From NCBI GenBank assembly GCA_965204675.1, contig OZ242003.1, positions 3,392,375 through 3,456,374 on the forward strand: 64,000 bases of DNA. The letters are read 5' to 3'. This stretch comes from Vicinamibacterales bacterium. GTDB taxonomy: Bacteria; Acidobacteriota; Vicinamibacteria; Vicinamibacterales; UBA8438. Numbering within the stretch: the stretch's first letter is position 1; the number at the start of each line of letters is the position of its first letter. The notes beneath the pieces are model-generated. The model did no database searches. It worked only from the letters and a program-made list of their open reading frames with translations, and was not told where the DNA came from. Shown piece after piece: positions 52,049 to 61,989 of this stretch. Position numbers and translations under genes: made by a program.

Positions 52049-55000
52049 GTGGAGACGTACGCGCCGCTCTGGTGCAAGAGCAACTACTCGTTTCTGGAAG
52101 GCGCCTCCCATCCCGAGGAGCTGGTCGAGCAGGCCCACGCCCTGGGCCTGCCCGGCCTCGCGCTGACCGACCGGGACGGCGTGTACGGCATCGTGCGCGC
52201 CCACGTGCGGGCCCGCGAGCTCGGCGTGCACCTGATGTGCGGGGCCGAGCTGTCGCTGGACGGCGGGGCGAAGCTGGTGCTGCTGGCCACCGATCGCGCC
52301 GGCTACGCCAACCTCTGCCGGCTCGTCACCCGCGGCCGACGCCGGCACGCCAAGGGCGAGTGCAGCGTCACCGTGGACGAGGTCTGCGGGCACGCCGCCG
52401 GGCTGCTGGCCCTCTGGCCCGGCGCCCACTGGGCGGCCGAGGCCGACGCCGCCCGCGACCGCCCGGCTCTGGCCGCGCTCCGCGACGCCTTCGGCGACCG
52501 GGCTTGCGGGCTGCTGGCGCGCCACCGCCTCGCCGCCGAGGCCCCGCGGGAAGGGTGGCTGCGGGCGCAGGCCCAAGAGATAGGTCTGCCCCTGGCGGCG
52601 GCGACGGAGGTGCTCTACCACGACCCGGCCCGCCGTGACCTCCAGGACGTGCTGACCTGCATCCGGCACGGCGTCAGCCTCGCCCGGGCGGGGCGCCGCA
52701 TCCGCGCCAACGCCGAGCATGGCCTGAAGGCGCCGGCCGCCTTCGCCGAGCTGTTCCGCGACGACCCCGGCGCGGTGGCGCGCACGGTCGAGATCGCGGC
52801 CCGGTGCCGCTTCTCGCTCGCCGAGATCCGCTACCGCTATCCGTCCGAGCGCCTGCCCGACGGCGACACCTCGTCGAGCTGGCTCCGCCGGCTCGCCGAG
52901 GAGGGGGCGCGGCGGCGCTTCGGGGGCCGCGTCCCCGCCGCGGTGCGGACGCAGATTGCGAAGGAGCTGGCCCTCATCGACGAGCTCGACTACTGCGGCT
53001 ACTTCCTCACCATGTGGGAGATCGTCGAGTTCTGCCGCCGCCACGGCATCCTCTGCCAGGGGCGGGGGTCGGCCGCCAACTCGGCCGTCTGCTACTGCCT
53101 CGGCATCACCGCCGTCGACCCCACGCGGGTCGATCTGCTGTTCGAGCGCTTCCTGTCGCGCGAGCGGGCCGAGCCGCCCGACATCGACCTCGACATCATG
53201 CACGAGCGGCGGGAAGAGGTGATTCAGTTCGTCTACGAGAAGTACGGGCGCGACCGGGCGGCGATGGTCGCCAACGTCGTCCGCTACCGCGCCCGCTCGG
53301 CCGTGCGCGAGGTGGGGAAGGCGCTGGGGCTGCCCGAGACCGCGGTCGACCGGCTCGCCAGGCGGCTGTCCCACCACGATGCCGTCGACGGGGACACGGT
53401 GCGGCAGGTGCTCGACGGCGAAGGACCGGCGGCGGCGCACCTCGTGCGACTCGCCGGCGAGATCCGGGACTTTCCCCGCCACCTGTCCATCCACCCCGGC
53501 GGCTTCCTGCTGGGCCACGAGCCGGTGCACGACCTGGTGCCGATCGAGAACGCGGCGATGCCCGGACGCACCGTCATTCAATGGGACAAGGACGACCTGG
53601 AGGACCTCGGGCTGTTCAAGGTCGACCTGCTGGGGCTGGGGGCGCTGACCCAGCTCGACCTGTCGTTCGGGCTGCTGGCGCGGCACTACGGCCGCACCCT
53701 GTCGATGGCCGCGATTCCGGAGGGGGACGAGGCCACCTACGACATGATCTGCCGCGGCGACACCGTCGGCGTCTTCCAGATCGAGAGCCGGGCGCAGATG
53801 GCGATGCTGCCGCGGCTCAGGCCGCGCAGCTACTACGACCTCGTCATCGAGGTGTCCATCGTCCGGCCGGGGCCCATCACCGGCGGGATGGTGCACCCGT
53901 ACCTGCGGCGGCGCAACGGGGAGGAGGCGGTGGCCTACCCCCACCCGTGCCTCGAGCCGGTGCTCGCGAAGACGCTGGGGGTGCCGCTGTTCCAGGAGCA
54001 GGTGATGCAGCTCGCGATGGTCGCGGCCGACTACACCCCCGGCGAGGCCGACCAGTTGCGGCGCGACATGGCGGCGTGGCGGCGCAGCGGGCGCATCGAG
54101 CGCCACCACGACCGGCTCGTCGGCCGGATGACGGCCAAGGGCATCGCCCCCGAGTTCGCCGAGCGGGTGTTCGGCCAGATTCGCGGCTTCGGGGAGTACG
54201 GGTTCCCCGAGAGCCACGCGGCCAGCTTCGCCCTCATCGCCTACGCCACGTCCTGGCTGCGGTGCCACTATCCCGACGTCTTCACCTGTGCGCTGCTCAA
54301 CGCGCAGCCGATGGGGTTCTACGCGCCGGCCACCATCGTCGACGACGCCCGGCGGCACGGCGTCGACGTGCGCCCGGTCGACGTCACCTGCAGCGGCTGG
54401 GACTGCACCCTGGAGCCGGCCGGGACGCCGTCTTCTCCGGCCCCGGGGGCGGGCGGGTCGGCGGGGCCGGTGAGGCCGGGGCGGACCAGCGCCGCCTCAC
54501 CACCGCGACGCTCGTCACCCGACGCGCGTCATTCCGACCGCCGGCAGCGCGTTGACGCTAGCGCCGCCTCACCACCGCGACGCTCGTCACCCGACCGACC
54601 CGCCGGAAGCCCGCGCCATCTCCGGGGACGGCGCGGTTCCGAGGAGCGGAAGCCCGGGTTCGCGGTGCGGATGGGCCTGCGGTACGTCAAGGGGCTGTCC
54701 GAATCGCGCGACTGGGCCCGCATCGAGGCCGCCCGCGGGCGAGCGCCGTTCGGCTCGGTCGCCGACTTCGTGGCCCGGACCGGCCTCGACGAGAAGATGG
54801 CGGGCCGGCTCGCCGAGGCGGGGGCGCTGGCCGGTCTCGAGCGGCGGCGCCGCGACGCGCTCTGGCAGGTCCGCGGCCTCGTCCGTGCGCTCGCGCCGGT
54901 CCTGCCGCCCGGGGCCGCGCGGGACGAGACCCCGGGGTTCGACGACCTCGATCCGGGCGAGACCATCGCGTGGGACTACCGCACCAGCGCGCACAGCCCG

Positions 55001-55369
55001 CGCGGCCATCCCCTCGCCGCCCTGCGGGCGCAGCTCGGGGCCCGGGGCCTCCCCGACGCCCGCACCGTCTCGGCGATGCGCGACGGGCGGAAGACGCGCT
55101 ACGCCGGGCTCGTCATCTGCCGCCAGCGTCCCGGCACCGCGGGCGGGGTCGTGTTCATGACCCTCGAGGACGAGACCGGGTTCGTGAACCTGGTGGTCTG
55201 GAGCCGGGTGTTCGACGAGCATGCCCTGGTCGCCCGGACCGCGTCGTTCCTCGGCGTGACCGGCAGGATCCAGCGGGCGGGCGGCGTCGTCCACCTCGTC
55301 GCCGACACGCTGTGGCGCCCCGAGCTCGACACGGGGCCGAACGCGGTCGGCAGCCGGGACTTCCACTAG
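52049..55369 (+). CDS. dnaE2: Error-prone DNA polymerase DnaE2 (ImuC)
   Basis: PHP domain ([17 protein letters not shown]; [11 protein letters not shown]), the pol III alpha core ([19 protein letters not shown]) and an OB fold at the C-terminus. GTG is the first canonical in-frame start after the stop at 51947. Confidence 0.9.
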   Translation: METYAPLWCKSNYSFLEGASHPEELVEQAHALGLPGLALTDRDGVYGIVRAHVRARELGVHLMCGAELSLDGGAKLVLLATDRAGYANLCRLVTRGRRRHAKGECSVTVDEVCGHAAGLLALWPGAHWAAEADAARDRPALAALRDAFGDRACGLLARHRLAAEAPREGWLRAQAQEIGLPLAAATEVLYHDPARRDLQDVLTCIRHGVSLARAGRRIRANAEHGLKAPAAFAELFRDDPGAVARTVEIAARCRFSLAEIRYRYPSERLPDGDTSSSWLRRLAEEGARRRFGGRVPAAVRTQIAKELALIDELDYCGYFLTMWEIVEFCRRHGILCQGRGSAANSAVCYCLGITAVDPTRVDLLFERFLSRERAEPPDIDLDIMHERREEVIQFVYEKYGRDRAAMVANVVRYRARSAVREVGKALGLPETAVDRLARRLSHHDAVDGDTVRQVLDGEGPAAAHLVRLAGEIRDFPRHLSIHPGGFLLGHEPVHDLVPIENAAMPGRTVIQWDKDDLEDLGLFKVDLLGLGALTQLDLSFGLLARHYGRTLSMAAIPEGDEATYDMICRGDTVGVFQIESRAQMAMLPRLRPRSYYDLVIEVSIVRPGPITGGMVHPYLRRRNGEEAVAYPHPCLEPVLAKTLGVPLFQEQVMQLAMVAADYTPGEADQLRRDMAAWRRSGRIERHHDRLVGRMTAKGIAPEFAERVFGQIRGFGEYGFPESHAASFALIAYATSWLRCHYPDVFTCALLNAQPMGFYAPATIVDDARRHGVDVRPVDVTCSGWDCTLEPAGTPSSPAPGAGGSAGPVRPGRTSAASPPRRSSPDARHSDRRQRVDASAASPPRRSSPDRPAGSPRHLRGRRGSEERKPGFAVRMGLRYVKGLSESRDWARIEAARGRAPFGSVADFVARTGLDEKMAGRLAEAGALAGLERRRRDALWQVRGLVRALAPVLPPGAARDETPGFDDLDPGETIAWDYRTSAHSPRGHPLAALRAQLGARGLPDARTVSAMRDGRKTRYAGLVICRQRPGTAGGVVFMTLEDETGFVNLVVWSRVFDEHALVARTASFLGVTGRIQRAGGVVHLVADTLWRPELDTGPNAVGSRDFH
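54488..54640 (+). repeat. Direct repeat (2 x 36 nt, 72-nt offset) plus right half of element E, in frame in dnaE2
   Basis: AGCGCCGCCTCACCACCGCGACGCTCGTCACCCGAC occurs at 54488 and 54560. It is followed by CGACCGACCCGCCGGAAGCCCGCGCC, as in the 51205 copy. It encodes [11 protein letters not shown] twice. Confidence 0.75.
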
Positions 55370-55429
55370 GAGCCCTGCACCGTGTTGTCCTTCAACCCTT
55401 TTAAAACAAACACTTTAAGATGATCTGGA

Positions 55430-55458
55430 TTGACTTGAATCGGTTCGTTGCCTATCAT
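55430..55458 (+). promoter_or_regulatory. Sigma-70-like promoter
   Basis: TTGACT (55430-55435), a 17-nt spacer, then TATCAT (55453-55458), in an AT-rich gap 45 nt upstream of the 55503 ATG. Confidence 0.5.
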
Positions 55459-55502
55459 GGGCCGTTTCCCAGATTCACCCTCGTTCCAGGAGATCAACTT
55501 CC

Positions 55503-56543
55503 ATGAAAGACTGTGTTCGAAGCGCGTGGGTCGTGGCCGGATGCGTCACGGCGATGCTGTTGGCGGCTCCGCCGGTCGGCGCGCAAGATCTCGAAGACTG
55601 GCAGGAAGACGAGCTGCGTACCTTGGTCGCGGCCGTGGACGAGGCCCTGCGGGGGGCGCGCGCCCCCGACGAAGGCGCCATCACCTATCTGCCCAGCTAC
55701 CTCAAGGGCGCCGAGGACGTCACCTATGTCCCGTTCACGCTGCTGATCGATCCCGCGGCGGTGAGCGATGCGGACAACGACGTCCAGGACAACATCGTCG
55801 CGTACGTGGCCATGGCCGAGGCGGGCTCGACGGACCTGGACTTCGAGAACGGCTTCTACGTCGAGTCCGACGAGCGGGAGGCCGGTCGGGTGCGCGTCGC
55901 CGGCAACCTGCAGGCCGAGGGCGGCGACTACGATCTCTACATCGCCATCCGCTACAGCTTCGACGGCGAGGCGCCGGTGGAGGCGACCATCGACGCCTTC
56001 GGGCGGCAAAGCCGGCAGACGCTCGTGCCGCCGATCACCCTCCTGCGCGAGCGGGTCACGATTCCCGACCTGTGGAACGACGATCTGCAGACCAGCAGCA
56101 TCCTCCTGACCGAGGACGTGCAGCCGTTGCAGCAGGCCCCGACCCCGGAAGAGCTCGCGGAGTTCCCCTACATGGTCGGCCCGACCCGGGTCATCCCCCG
56201 GCTGAGCGGCGACTTCGGCAGGCAGGACGTGCTGGGCTTCGTGTTCGTCATCTACAACACCGGACACGACGGCGGCATGCCCGACGTCACCGTCGACTAC
56301 GACTTCTACACGCGGAACGACGGCGGCGAGGACTTCTTCAACCGCACCGCGCCGCAGGCGCTCGGCCCGCAGACGCTGCCGCCGGGCTTCGACGTGCGGC
56401 AGGGGATGCAGCTCGTGACCGGGCAGAACATTCCCCTCGGCGGATTCCCGGCCGGCTCCTATCGCCTCGAGATCAAGGTCACCGACAACGAAGAGGACGA
56501 AGAGTTGACGCAGGACCTCTTCTTCTCGGTCGCCGACAACTAG
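55503..56543 (+). CDS. Secreted hypothetical protein
   Basis: Signal peptide (VVAGCVTAMLLAAPPVGAQ) and acidic, beta-rich composition. No motif recognised. Confidence 0.6.
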   Translation: MKDCVRSAWVVAGCVTAMLLAAPPVGAQDLEDWQEDELRTLVAAVDEALRGARAPDEGAITYLPSYLKGAEDVTYVPFTLLIDPAAVSDADNDVQDNIVAYVAMAEAGSTDLDFENGFYVESDEREAGRVRVAGNLQAEGGDYDLYIAIRYSFDGEAPVEATIDAFGRQSRQTLVPPITLLRERVTIPDLWNDDLQTSSILLTEDVQPLQQAPTPEELAEFPYMVGPTRVIPRLSGDFGRQDVLGFVFVIYNTGHDGGMPDVTVDYDFYTRNDGGEDFFNRTAPQALGPQTLPPGFDVRQGMQLVTGQNIPLGGFPAGSYRLEIKVTDNEEDEELTQDLFFSVADN

Positions 56544-56606
56544 GACTCTCGCCAGCGGCGCCGCTCTCGCCAGCGGCGCCGCTCTCGCCCCCCTGGAAGA
56601 CCTCCG

Positions 56607-57713
56607 TCAAGGGGCGCCGCCCACCACGATGGTCATGTCGCCGCTGAAGGTCGACAGCTCCAGGCGGGCGCCGCCGTCGCCGACGGTACCCTCCAGCTCG
56701 CGACTGCCGTTGCGGTTCATGCCCCACTGGATCAACGGCGCAGCGGCTTCGAGGGTCGGGTTGTCCGGGTCGGTAACGTCCACCGCGAACGAGTCCGCCC
56801 TCACGGCCGGTCCGGCGGCCACGCCGACGGATTCGCCCCGGCGAAGCGTGATGACGGCGTTCGAGCTGAGCGAGCCGCTGAAGGACTCCGCCTCGAGATC
56901 GAATCCCGTTCCGGGAGGCACCGTCACCCGGATGCTGCCCGAGTGCGACTCGAGCTCGTAGCGGCCCTCGGTGTCGAGGGAGCCGTCGAAGCTCACGGGT
57001 CCCGACACCGTCGCCACCTCGACCCGCCGGGCCTCGACGCGGGTCAGCACGATGGTCGCGCTGACCGCCTCCACGTCGACCCGCGGCGCCCGGACTCCGT
57101 CGATGGTGATCCGCCCGCTCACCGCCTGGGCGGACAGATCGTCTTCGTTGCCGACATCGCTCATCAGCAGGTCGCCCGACACCATCTCGACCTCGGCGAG
57201 CCGCGGCAGCGATGAGAGCCGCACGTCGCCGCTGACCGTCTCGATGCTCGTCTCCCCGTCGACGTTCTCGACGGTGACGCTGCCCGAAACGGACTCGATC
57301 GCGACTCCGACGCCGGGGGGGACGGTCACGACGTAGTCCACCGCCACCGCCATTCGCCCGCCCCGGAACAGGTCGGCGAGGCGGCCGGCGAGGCCGCGGC
57401 GCGGATACTCGGCCTCGACCGCGACCCGACCGCCCCGCTCGCGGATCTCGATCTCCACACGGTCGAGCGCTTCGCGGGCCACCGTCTCGCCGACCGCCCC
57501 GGGATCGACGAGCCGTTTAGTCGCGCGCAGCGTCAACACCGTGTCGTCGGCGCCGGTCACCGTGATGTCGCCAGAGATGTTGGTGAGCGTGAACTGCCCG
57601 CCGGGCGCCATGGGAATGGTCCGGACGAGCTCTTCGGTCTGGCCGCTGGCGGTCCCGGCCGCCCCGATCACCAGGGCGACGATGCTCGCCCGCCACAGGA
57701 ACCGTCTGGTCAT
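56607..57713 (-). CDS. DUF4097-like beta-helical repeat protein (putative adhesin fold)
   Basis: Signal peptide. Repeated SG.I.V / VSGDV / SGSIRV strands of the type seen downstream of ECF/anti-sigma pairs. Confidence 0.7.
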   Translation of the reverse strand: MTRRFLWRASIVALVIGAAGTASGQTEELVRTIPMAPGGQFTLTNISGDITVTGADDTVLTLRATKRLVDPGAVGETVAREALDRVEIEIRERGGRVAVEAEYPRRGLAGRLADLFRGGRMAVAVDYVVTVPPGVGVAIESVSGSVTVENVDGETSIETVSGDVRLSSLPRLAEVEMVSGDLLMSDVGNEDDLSAQAVSGRITIDGVRAPRVDVEAVSATIVLTRVEARRVEVATVSGPVSFDGSLDTEGRYELESHSGSIRVTVPPGTGFDLEAESFSGSLSSNAVITLRRGESVGVAAGPAVRADSFAVDVTDPDNPTLEAAAPLIQWGMNRNGSRELEGTVGDGGARLELSTFSGDMTIVVGGAP

Positions 57714-57950
57714 GGTCTCTCTCCGTTGTCGAGTTGGTCACCCGGGCTGCCTCGAAGGCAGGTTGCCCGCCGGGCCGGGGCCACACCGCGGGCGGTGTCC
57801 GCCGCCGTGGCGACTCACTCCGCCACGTCACTGCCTCGAGGGGCCGCCGCCGGTCTCTCGCTCAGGCGCTGGCCGCTCGCCGCTGCGGCGCGCACGCTCG
57901 CCGCTCTTCGATCCGCCGGGCTGCGGCGTCGGCAACTCGCGCCCGCCGGG

Positions 57951-58631
57951 TCAGCCGCCATCCAGTTCCAGGGCGGCCATCGTCCGAAGCAGGGTGAGCT
58001 TCCGGGCCAGGCCTGCGTGCAGCCGCTCGCGTGCGATGGCGGCGTCCGGGTCGGCTTCGACGGCGGACCGGCTCTCCGCGATTGCCTCGTCGACGAGGGC
58101 CAGGTTGCTCGTCAGCACGTCACGGGCGGGGATCGGGGCGCCGGTCCCGATGCGCTGCTCGACCTCCCGGATCGCGGCGGCGTGCGACCCCTCGATCTCC
58201 TCCAGCGCCGCGGCGGCGGCCCGGCTCGCGTGATCGGGCGTATCGCTCGCCGGCGGCAGGGCGAGGTCGGCCGGTTCGATGAAGAGGATGGCTGCCACGA
58301 TCGCGGCGGCGCCGGCGACGGCCGTGCCGCCGAGCGGCCACCAGCCCGGCCATCCGACTCTGGGCCCGAGCGGCCGGTCCTCGGCCGCGGTCCGCCGCCG
58401 GACATCGTGCCAGACCCGGGCCGGCGGCTCGATCCGCTCGAGGGTCGCGGCGAGTGACCGGATCTCGCGCAGGTCCGCCAGGAGATCGCGGCACGCCGCG
58501 CAGCCGGCGAGATGCTCGTCGAGCGGCCCGCGGTCGCGCGGGTCGAGGGCGTCGTCGACCAGGGCCGCGAGCGCGTCGGCGTGGCGTTCGCACGCCGGTC
58601 CCGACACCGGTGCGTGGTCGTTCCTGCTCAT
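57951..58631 (-). CDS. Anti-sigma factor (zf-HC2)
   Basis: H-x3-C-x2-C motif (HLAGCAACRDL), one TM segment, and an ATGA overlap with the sigma gene. Confidence 0.8.
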   Translation of the reverse strand: MSRNDHAPVSGPACERHADALAALVDDALDPRDRGPLDEHLAGCAACRDLLADLREIRSLAATLERIEPPARVWHDVRRRTAAEDRPLGPRVGWPGWWPLGGTAVAGAAAIVAAILFIEPADLALPPASDTPDHASRAAAAALEEIEGSHAAAIREVEQRIGTGAPIPARDVLTSNLALVDEAIAESRSAVEADPDAAIARERLHAGLARKLTLLRTMAALELDGG

Positions 58632-59167
58632 GGTCGCCTCAACAGACGGCGGAGCCGCAGCCGCGCCTTGTGCACCTGCGACTTGGAGGTGCCGGTGGCG
58701 ATGCCGAGCCGATCGGCGACCTCCCGGTGCCCGTACCCCTCGACGTCGTGCAGCACGAAGGCCAGGCGGCATCCGTCCGGAAGCTGCGCGATGGCGCGCT
58801 CGAGGTCGAGATGCGTGATCGGGCCGGCGTCGGCGTGCGCCGGCGGTGGTGTCTCCGCGTTCAGCGGCTCGGTCGCCGCATCCTGGCGCGCCGCCCGGCT
58901 CCGCACGTGGTCGAGACAGCGGTTGACGGCGAGCCGGTGCAACCACGTCGACAGCGCCGCCTCGTGCCGAAAGCTGTCCAGCTTCCGGTGGGCCAGCAGG
59001 AAGATGTCCTGCAGCAGCTCCTCCGCGTCGGCCGCATTGCCCGCGAAGCGGTACGCCAGCGAGTAGATCCGCTTGGCGTGCGTGCGATAGAGTGATTCGA
59101 GCGTCGCGCCCTCGTCGGTCGTCTCGACCGGTACCAGGCCCTCGACCGCCCGCGTCTCGATCATCAC
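58628..59167 (-). CDS. ECF (RpoE-like) sigma-70 family factor
   Basis: Region 2 (EELLQDIFLLAHRKLDSFR...STWLHRLAVNRCLD) and region 4 (EVADRLGIATGTSKSQVHKAR). Confidence 0.9.
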   Translation of the reverse strand: MMIETRAVEGLVPVETTDEGATLESLYRTHAKRIYSLAYRFAGNAADAEELLQDIFLLAHRKLDSFRHEAALSTWLHRLAVNRCLDHVRSRAARQDAATEPLNAETPPPAHADAGPITHLDLERAIAQLPDGCRLAFVLHDVEGYGHREVADRLGIATGTSKSQVHKARLRLRRLLRRP

Positions 59168-59260
59168 TGGCTATAGACGGGGCCGGCGGGGAAGGGGTTG
59201 CCGGATCACGTGTGATAATCGCCTTGTGGTGCCGTGAACGGCGGGAGACAGCGACCAGCC

Positions 59261-59542
59261 ATGAATGCCGTTGCCTTTGACACACACGCTGCGGTTCGGA
59301 AGCTACGCGAGGCCGACATCAGCGAACAGCAAGCCGAGGCATTGGTCGAAGTGTTCAGCCACGCCATCGGCGAGCCGGCGACCAGAGACGACATCAAGGA
59401 CTTGGCTACCAAGGCGGAGCTGAAGACCGAGCTCGTCGCCCTCGAGGCGCGCCTGACGTGGCGCTTCGCCGGCGCGATGCTCGCCCAGACGCTCGCGATC
59501 CTCGGCGGCGTCCTCGGCATTCTGCGTTTGCTGACCAACTGA
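59261..59542 (+). CDS. DUF1640/CCDC90-like coiled-coil membrane-anchored protein
   Basis: FDTHAAVRKLREADISEQQAEALVEV...KDLATKAELKTELVALEARL, followed by a C-terminal TM segment. Confidence 0.65.
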   Translation: MNAVAFDTHAAVRKLREADISEQQAEALVEVFSHAIGEPATRDDIKDLATKAELKTELVALEARLTWRFAGAMLAQTLAILGGVLGILRLLTN

Positions 59543-59590
59543 CGGTCCGTCGACCCGGACGCAGCGCATCTGCATCCTGCGGCGCAGCCT

Positions 59591-59679
59591 CCTGGCCCGC
59601 CAATCGTCACCTTCGGCTCGGCTGGCGCCCAACCAACCCTCCACGAGTCCACGCCGTTCTACCGCGCAGACTCCTGGCC
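59591..59679 (+). repeat. Copy of element E overlapping the 3' end of the symporter gene
   Basis: CCTGGCCCGCCAATCGTCACCTTCGGCTCGGCTGGCGCCCAACCAACCCTCCACGAGTCCACGCCGTTCTACCGCGCAGACTCCTGGCC. The reverse strand supplies codons G-Q-E-S-A-R and the stop. Confidence 0.85.
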
Positions 59680-61236
59680 ACGGTCCGACTCGACGGCGAC
59701 CGCCTTGCGTCCCGACACCACGTCGTAGAAGTCTCCGCCGGCCTCGTCGTCGGCGGTCACCAGCGACACGATGGGGACGACCGCGAGGGGCACGAAGAAG
59801 GTGAAGTACGACGGGTCGACGCCCTCGCCGCCAACCGTGAGCGCCTCGACGAGGAGGCGCAGGACGGGTCCCGCCGACTCGGGGGCGGTGAGCCCGGCCG
59901 CCAGCGCGATCTTGATCGCCGCGAACCAGGCGAGCCCGGCCCCGTAGCCGACCGCCATCCCCCACCAGGCGCCCTGCTCGGTGGTGCGCCGCCAGTAGAT
60001 GAGATAGCCGAGGGCCACCGCCGGCGGCACCACCATGGCGAAGCCGAACAGCAGCAGGTCGAGGATGGAGATCGAGGTGCGGGTGGCGACGTACCAGGCC
60101 GCGACCGCCGCCAGGAAGGCGTAGACGGTGGTGGTGACGCGGTACGCCTTGAGCCGTTGCTCTGACGTCCGGCGGCGGGCCGCGGGCAGCCAGTCGTCGA
60201 CCACCATGGTGGCGCTCGAGAGCAGGATCGGGCCGCCGGAGGAGATGACCGCGGCGAGCACCGCGGCGAGGGCGACCCCGCCGACCACGGGGTCGATCTC
60301 CGAGGCCAGGGTCGTGAGGTTGCGGTAGCCGCCGAGCCCGGCGTCGAAGCCGTAGCGGGCGGTGGTGAGGATGCCGATCAGCCCGGCCAGCACCGACATC
60401 GCGGCCGCTATCAGGCCCCCGAGCAGGAACGCCGGCGCGATCTGCCGCTCGGTCCGGGCCGCCGTCGAGTAGTTCGTGTACACCGAGGCGGCCGGCGTGT
60501 GCACCGACGCCGCGAAGAACATCCCGATGACGGGGAGCCACCCCGCCCCCGCGAAACCCCACCAGGCCGTCTCGCTCCGGGAGGCCGCATCGAGCTGGCC
60601 GCCGACGGCCGCGGTGACCTCGGCCCAGCCGCCGAGCTGCTCGATGCCGGCCAGGCCCACCCACAGGAGGCCGACGAGCACCACCGAGCAGTGGATGAGG
60701 TTGGTGACGGCGGTGCCCCACAGCCCGCCGAGGGAGACGTAGGTGGAGAAGATGACGGCGGCCACCATCACCCCGCCGAACATCGACAGGGGCGTGAGGG
60801 TGCTCAGGATGACCCCGATGACGTAGGCCTCGATGAGGTTGACGACGACGTACTCGGTCTGCACGCACAGGCTCGTGAGCCACTGGCAGCGCCGGGTGCC
60901 GAAACGGATGGTGAACAGCTCGCCGACCGTGTGGAGCCGGAACCGCCGGTAGTAGACGCCGAAGAAGATGCCGACGATGGCGAGGGCGAGGAACGTGTTG
61001 ATGCCGTACCACCACAGGTTCCAGACGCCGCCGGTGATGACGTCGCCGGCCACCCCGTAGGTGCCGGCGCCCCCGATGCGGGTGCCGGCGACCCCGAACG
61101 CCACCATCGCGGTCGACATGCCGCCGCCGGCCACCGCCCAGCCCGCCGAGCTGCCGGCGCGCCGGGCCATGAGGCTGCCGACGGCGGTGGCCGCCACCAG
61201 GTAGACGACGATGGTCGCGGGCGCGATGGCGTCCAT
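59659..61236 (-). CDS. Sodium:solute symporter family (SSF) transporter
   Basis: About 13 TM segments; N-terminus MDAIAPATIVVYLVAATAVG...; GGLWGTAVTNLIH. Confidence 0.8.
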   Translation of the reverse strand: MDAIAPATIVVYLVAATAVGSLMARRAGSSAGWAVAGGGMSTAMVAFGVAGTRIGGAGTYGVAGDVITGGVWNLWWYGINTFLALAIVGIFFGVYYRRFRLHTVGELFTIRFGTRRCQWLTSLCVQTEYVVVNLIEAYVIGVILSTLTPLSMFGGVMVAAVIFSTYVSLGGLWGTAVTNLIHCSVVLVGLLWVGLAGIEQLGGWAEVTAAVGGQLDAASRSETAWWGFAGAGWLPVIGMFFAASVHTPAASVYTNYSTAARTERQIAPAFLLGGLIAAAMSVLAGLIGILTTARYGFDAGLGGYRNLTTLASEIDPVVGGVALAAVLAAVISSGGPILLSSATMVVDDWLPAARRRTSEQRLKAYRVTTTVYAFLAAVAAWYVATRTSISILDLLLFGFAMVVPPAVALGYLIYWRRTTEQGAWWGMAVGYGAGLAWFAAIKIALAAGLTAPESAGPVLRLLVEALTVGGEGVDPSYFTFFVPLAVVPIVSLVTADDEAGGDFYDVVSGRKAVAVESDRGQESAR

Positions 61237-61282
61237 TCGCGGGCTCCTCTCCGGCTCGGCCGGGCGGCGCGCCCGGCCTGCG

Positions 61283-61834
61283 TCACGCCGGGGCGGTCAG
61301 CGCCGCGAGGATGTCGTCGATCGCGTCGCGCGCCTTCGCCCGCATCTCGTCGTCGGTGGCGTCCTGTATCGGATGCGGCACGAACACCGAGCCGCTCGCG
61401 ATCGCGGGCATGCCCAGGGCCTCCGCCTGCATCCGGGCGGGGCGGACGAACTCGCTCGACGCCACCATGACGGCGGGGATGCCGCGGGCCTCGTAGTCGA
61501 CCAGGTCGTGCACACTGCACGACGTGCAGGACCCTCAATCGGCGAGGGCCTGGATGACGGCCCGGCACCGCGCCCCCACCTCCTCCCGGAGGTCGTCCGG
61601 GGCGGGCTTGGTGTAGGTCGGCTTGCGGAGGCGGATGACGTCCAGCGAGGGGAAGCGCTCGCGGACGAGCCGCTCGACCTCGTCGCAGAAGACGTCGCCC
61701 CGCGCCTTCGCGATGTCGATGATGCCCAGCGCGCCCTCGAGGCGGGCGGAACGGGCCGCGGGCTGCCGCCCCATGGGGGCGCGTTCGTCGGTGGGGTCGA
61801 GAATGACGGGGGATTCGTTGTCCATGGCGTTCAC
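61283..61834 (-). CDS. UGSC-motif (seleno)protein candidate; in-frame TGA (61537-61535) read as Sec
   Basis: ORFs 61535..61834 and 61283..61513 are in the same frame, separated only by a TGA. The join reads AVIQALAD-U-GSCTSCSVHDLVDYE, with a SECIS-like hairpin 11 nt downstream. Confidence 0.65.
61505..61523 (-). promoter_or_regulatory. SECIS-like stem-loop
   Basis: RNA GUCGUGCA-GUG-UGCACGAC: a perfect 8-bp stem. Loop G and U fall at positions 23 and 24 counted from the U of UGA. Confidence 0.55.
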
Positions 61835-61989
61835 CCTCAGGCCGGTGATGCTACGGATCGACCGGCTTCAATGCAGCAAGGCCGGGGGTTACTTCACGAG
61901 AAGGCGGCAGGGCGTGACTCGCGTCGCCATTCTCGCCCTGCTACCTGGTCCGATTCCGCGAATGCCCCGTCTACCGGTGGGCTCCATCA

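Noticed and set aside
51893-54358. 821-aa minus-strand ORF, plus plus-strand alternatives 51988..52638 and 52804..54555
   Set aside because: They overlap dnaE2, whose frame carries all the pol III alpha motifs. The alternatives are shadow frames.
56546-56585. Direct repeat CTCTCGCCAGCGGCGCCG x2 after the 55503 gene, as a possible terminator
   Set aside because: It contains the self-complementary GCGGCGCCGC but no stem-loop followed by a T-tract. That is not enough to call a terminator.
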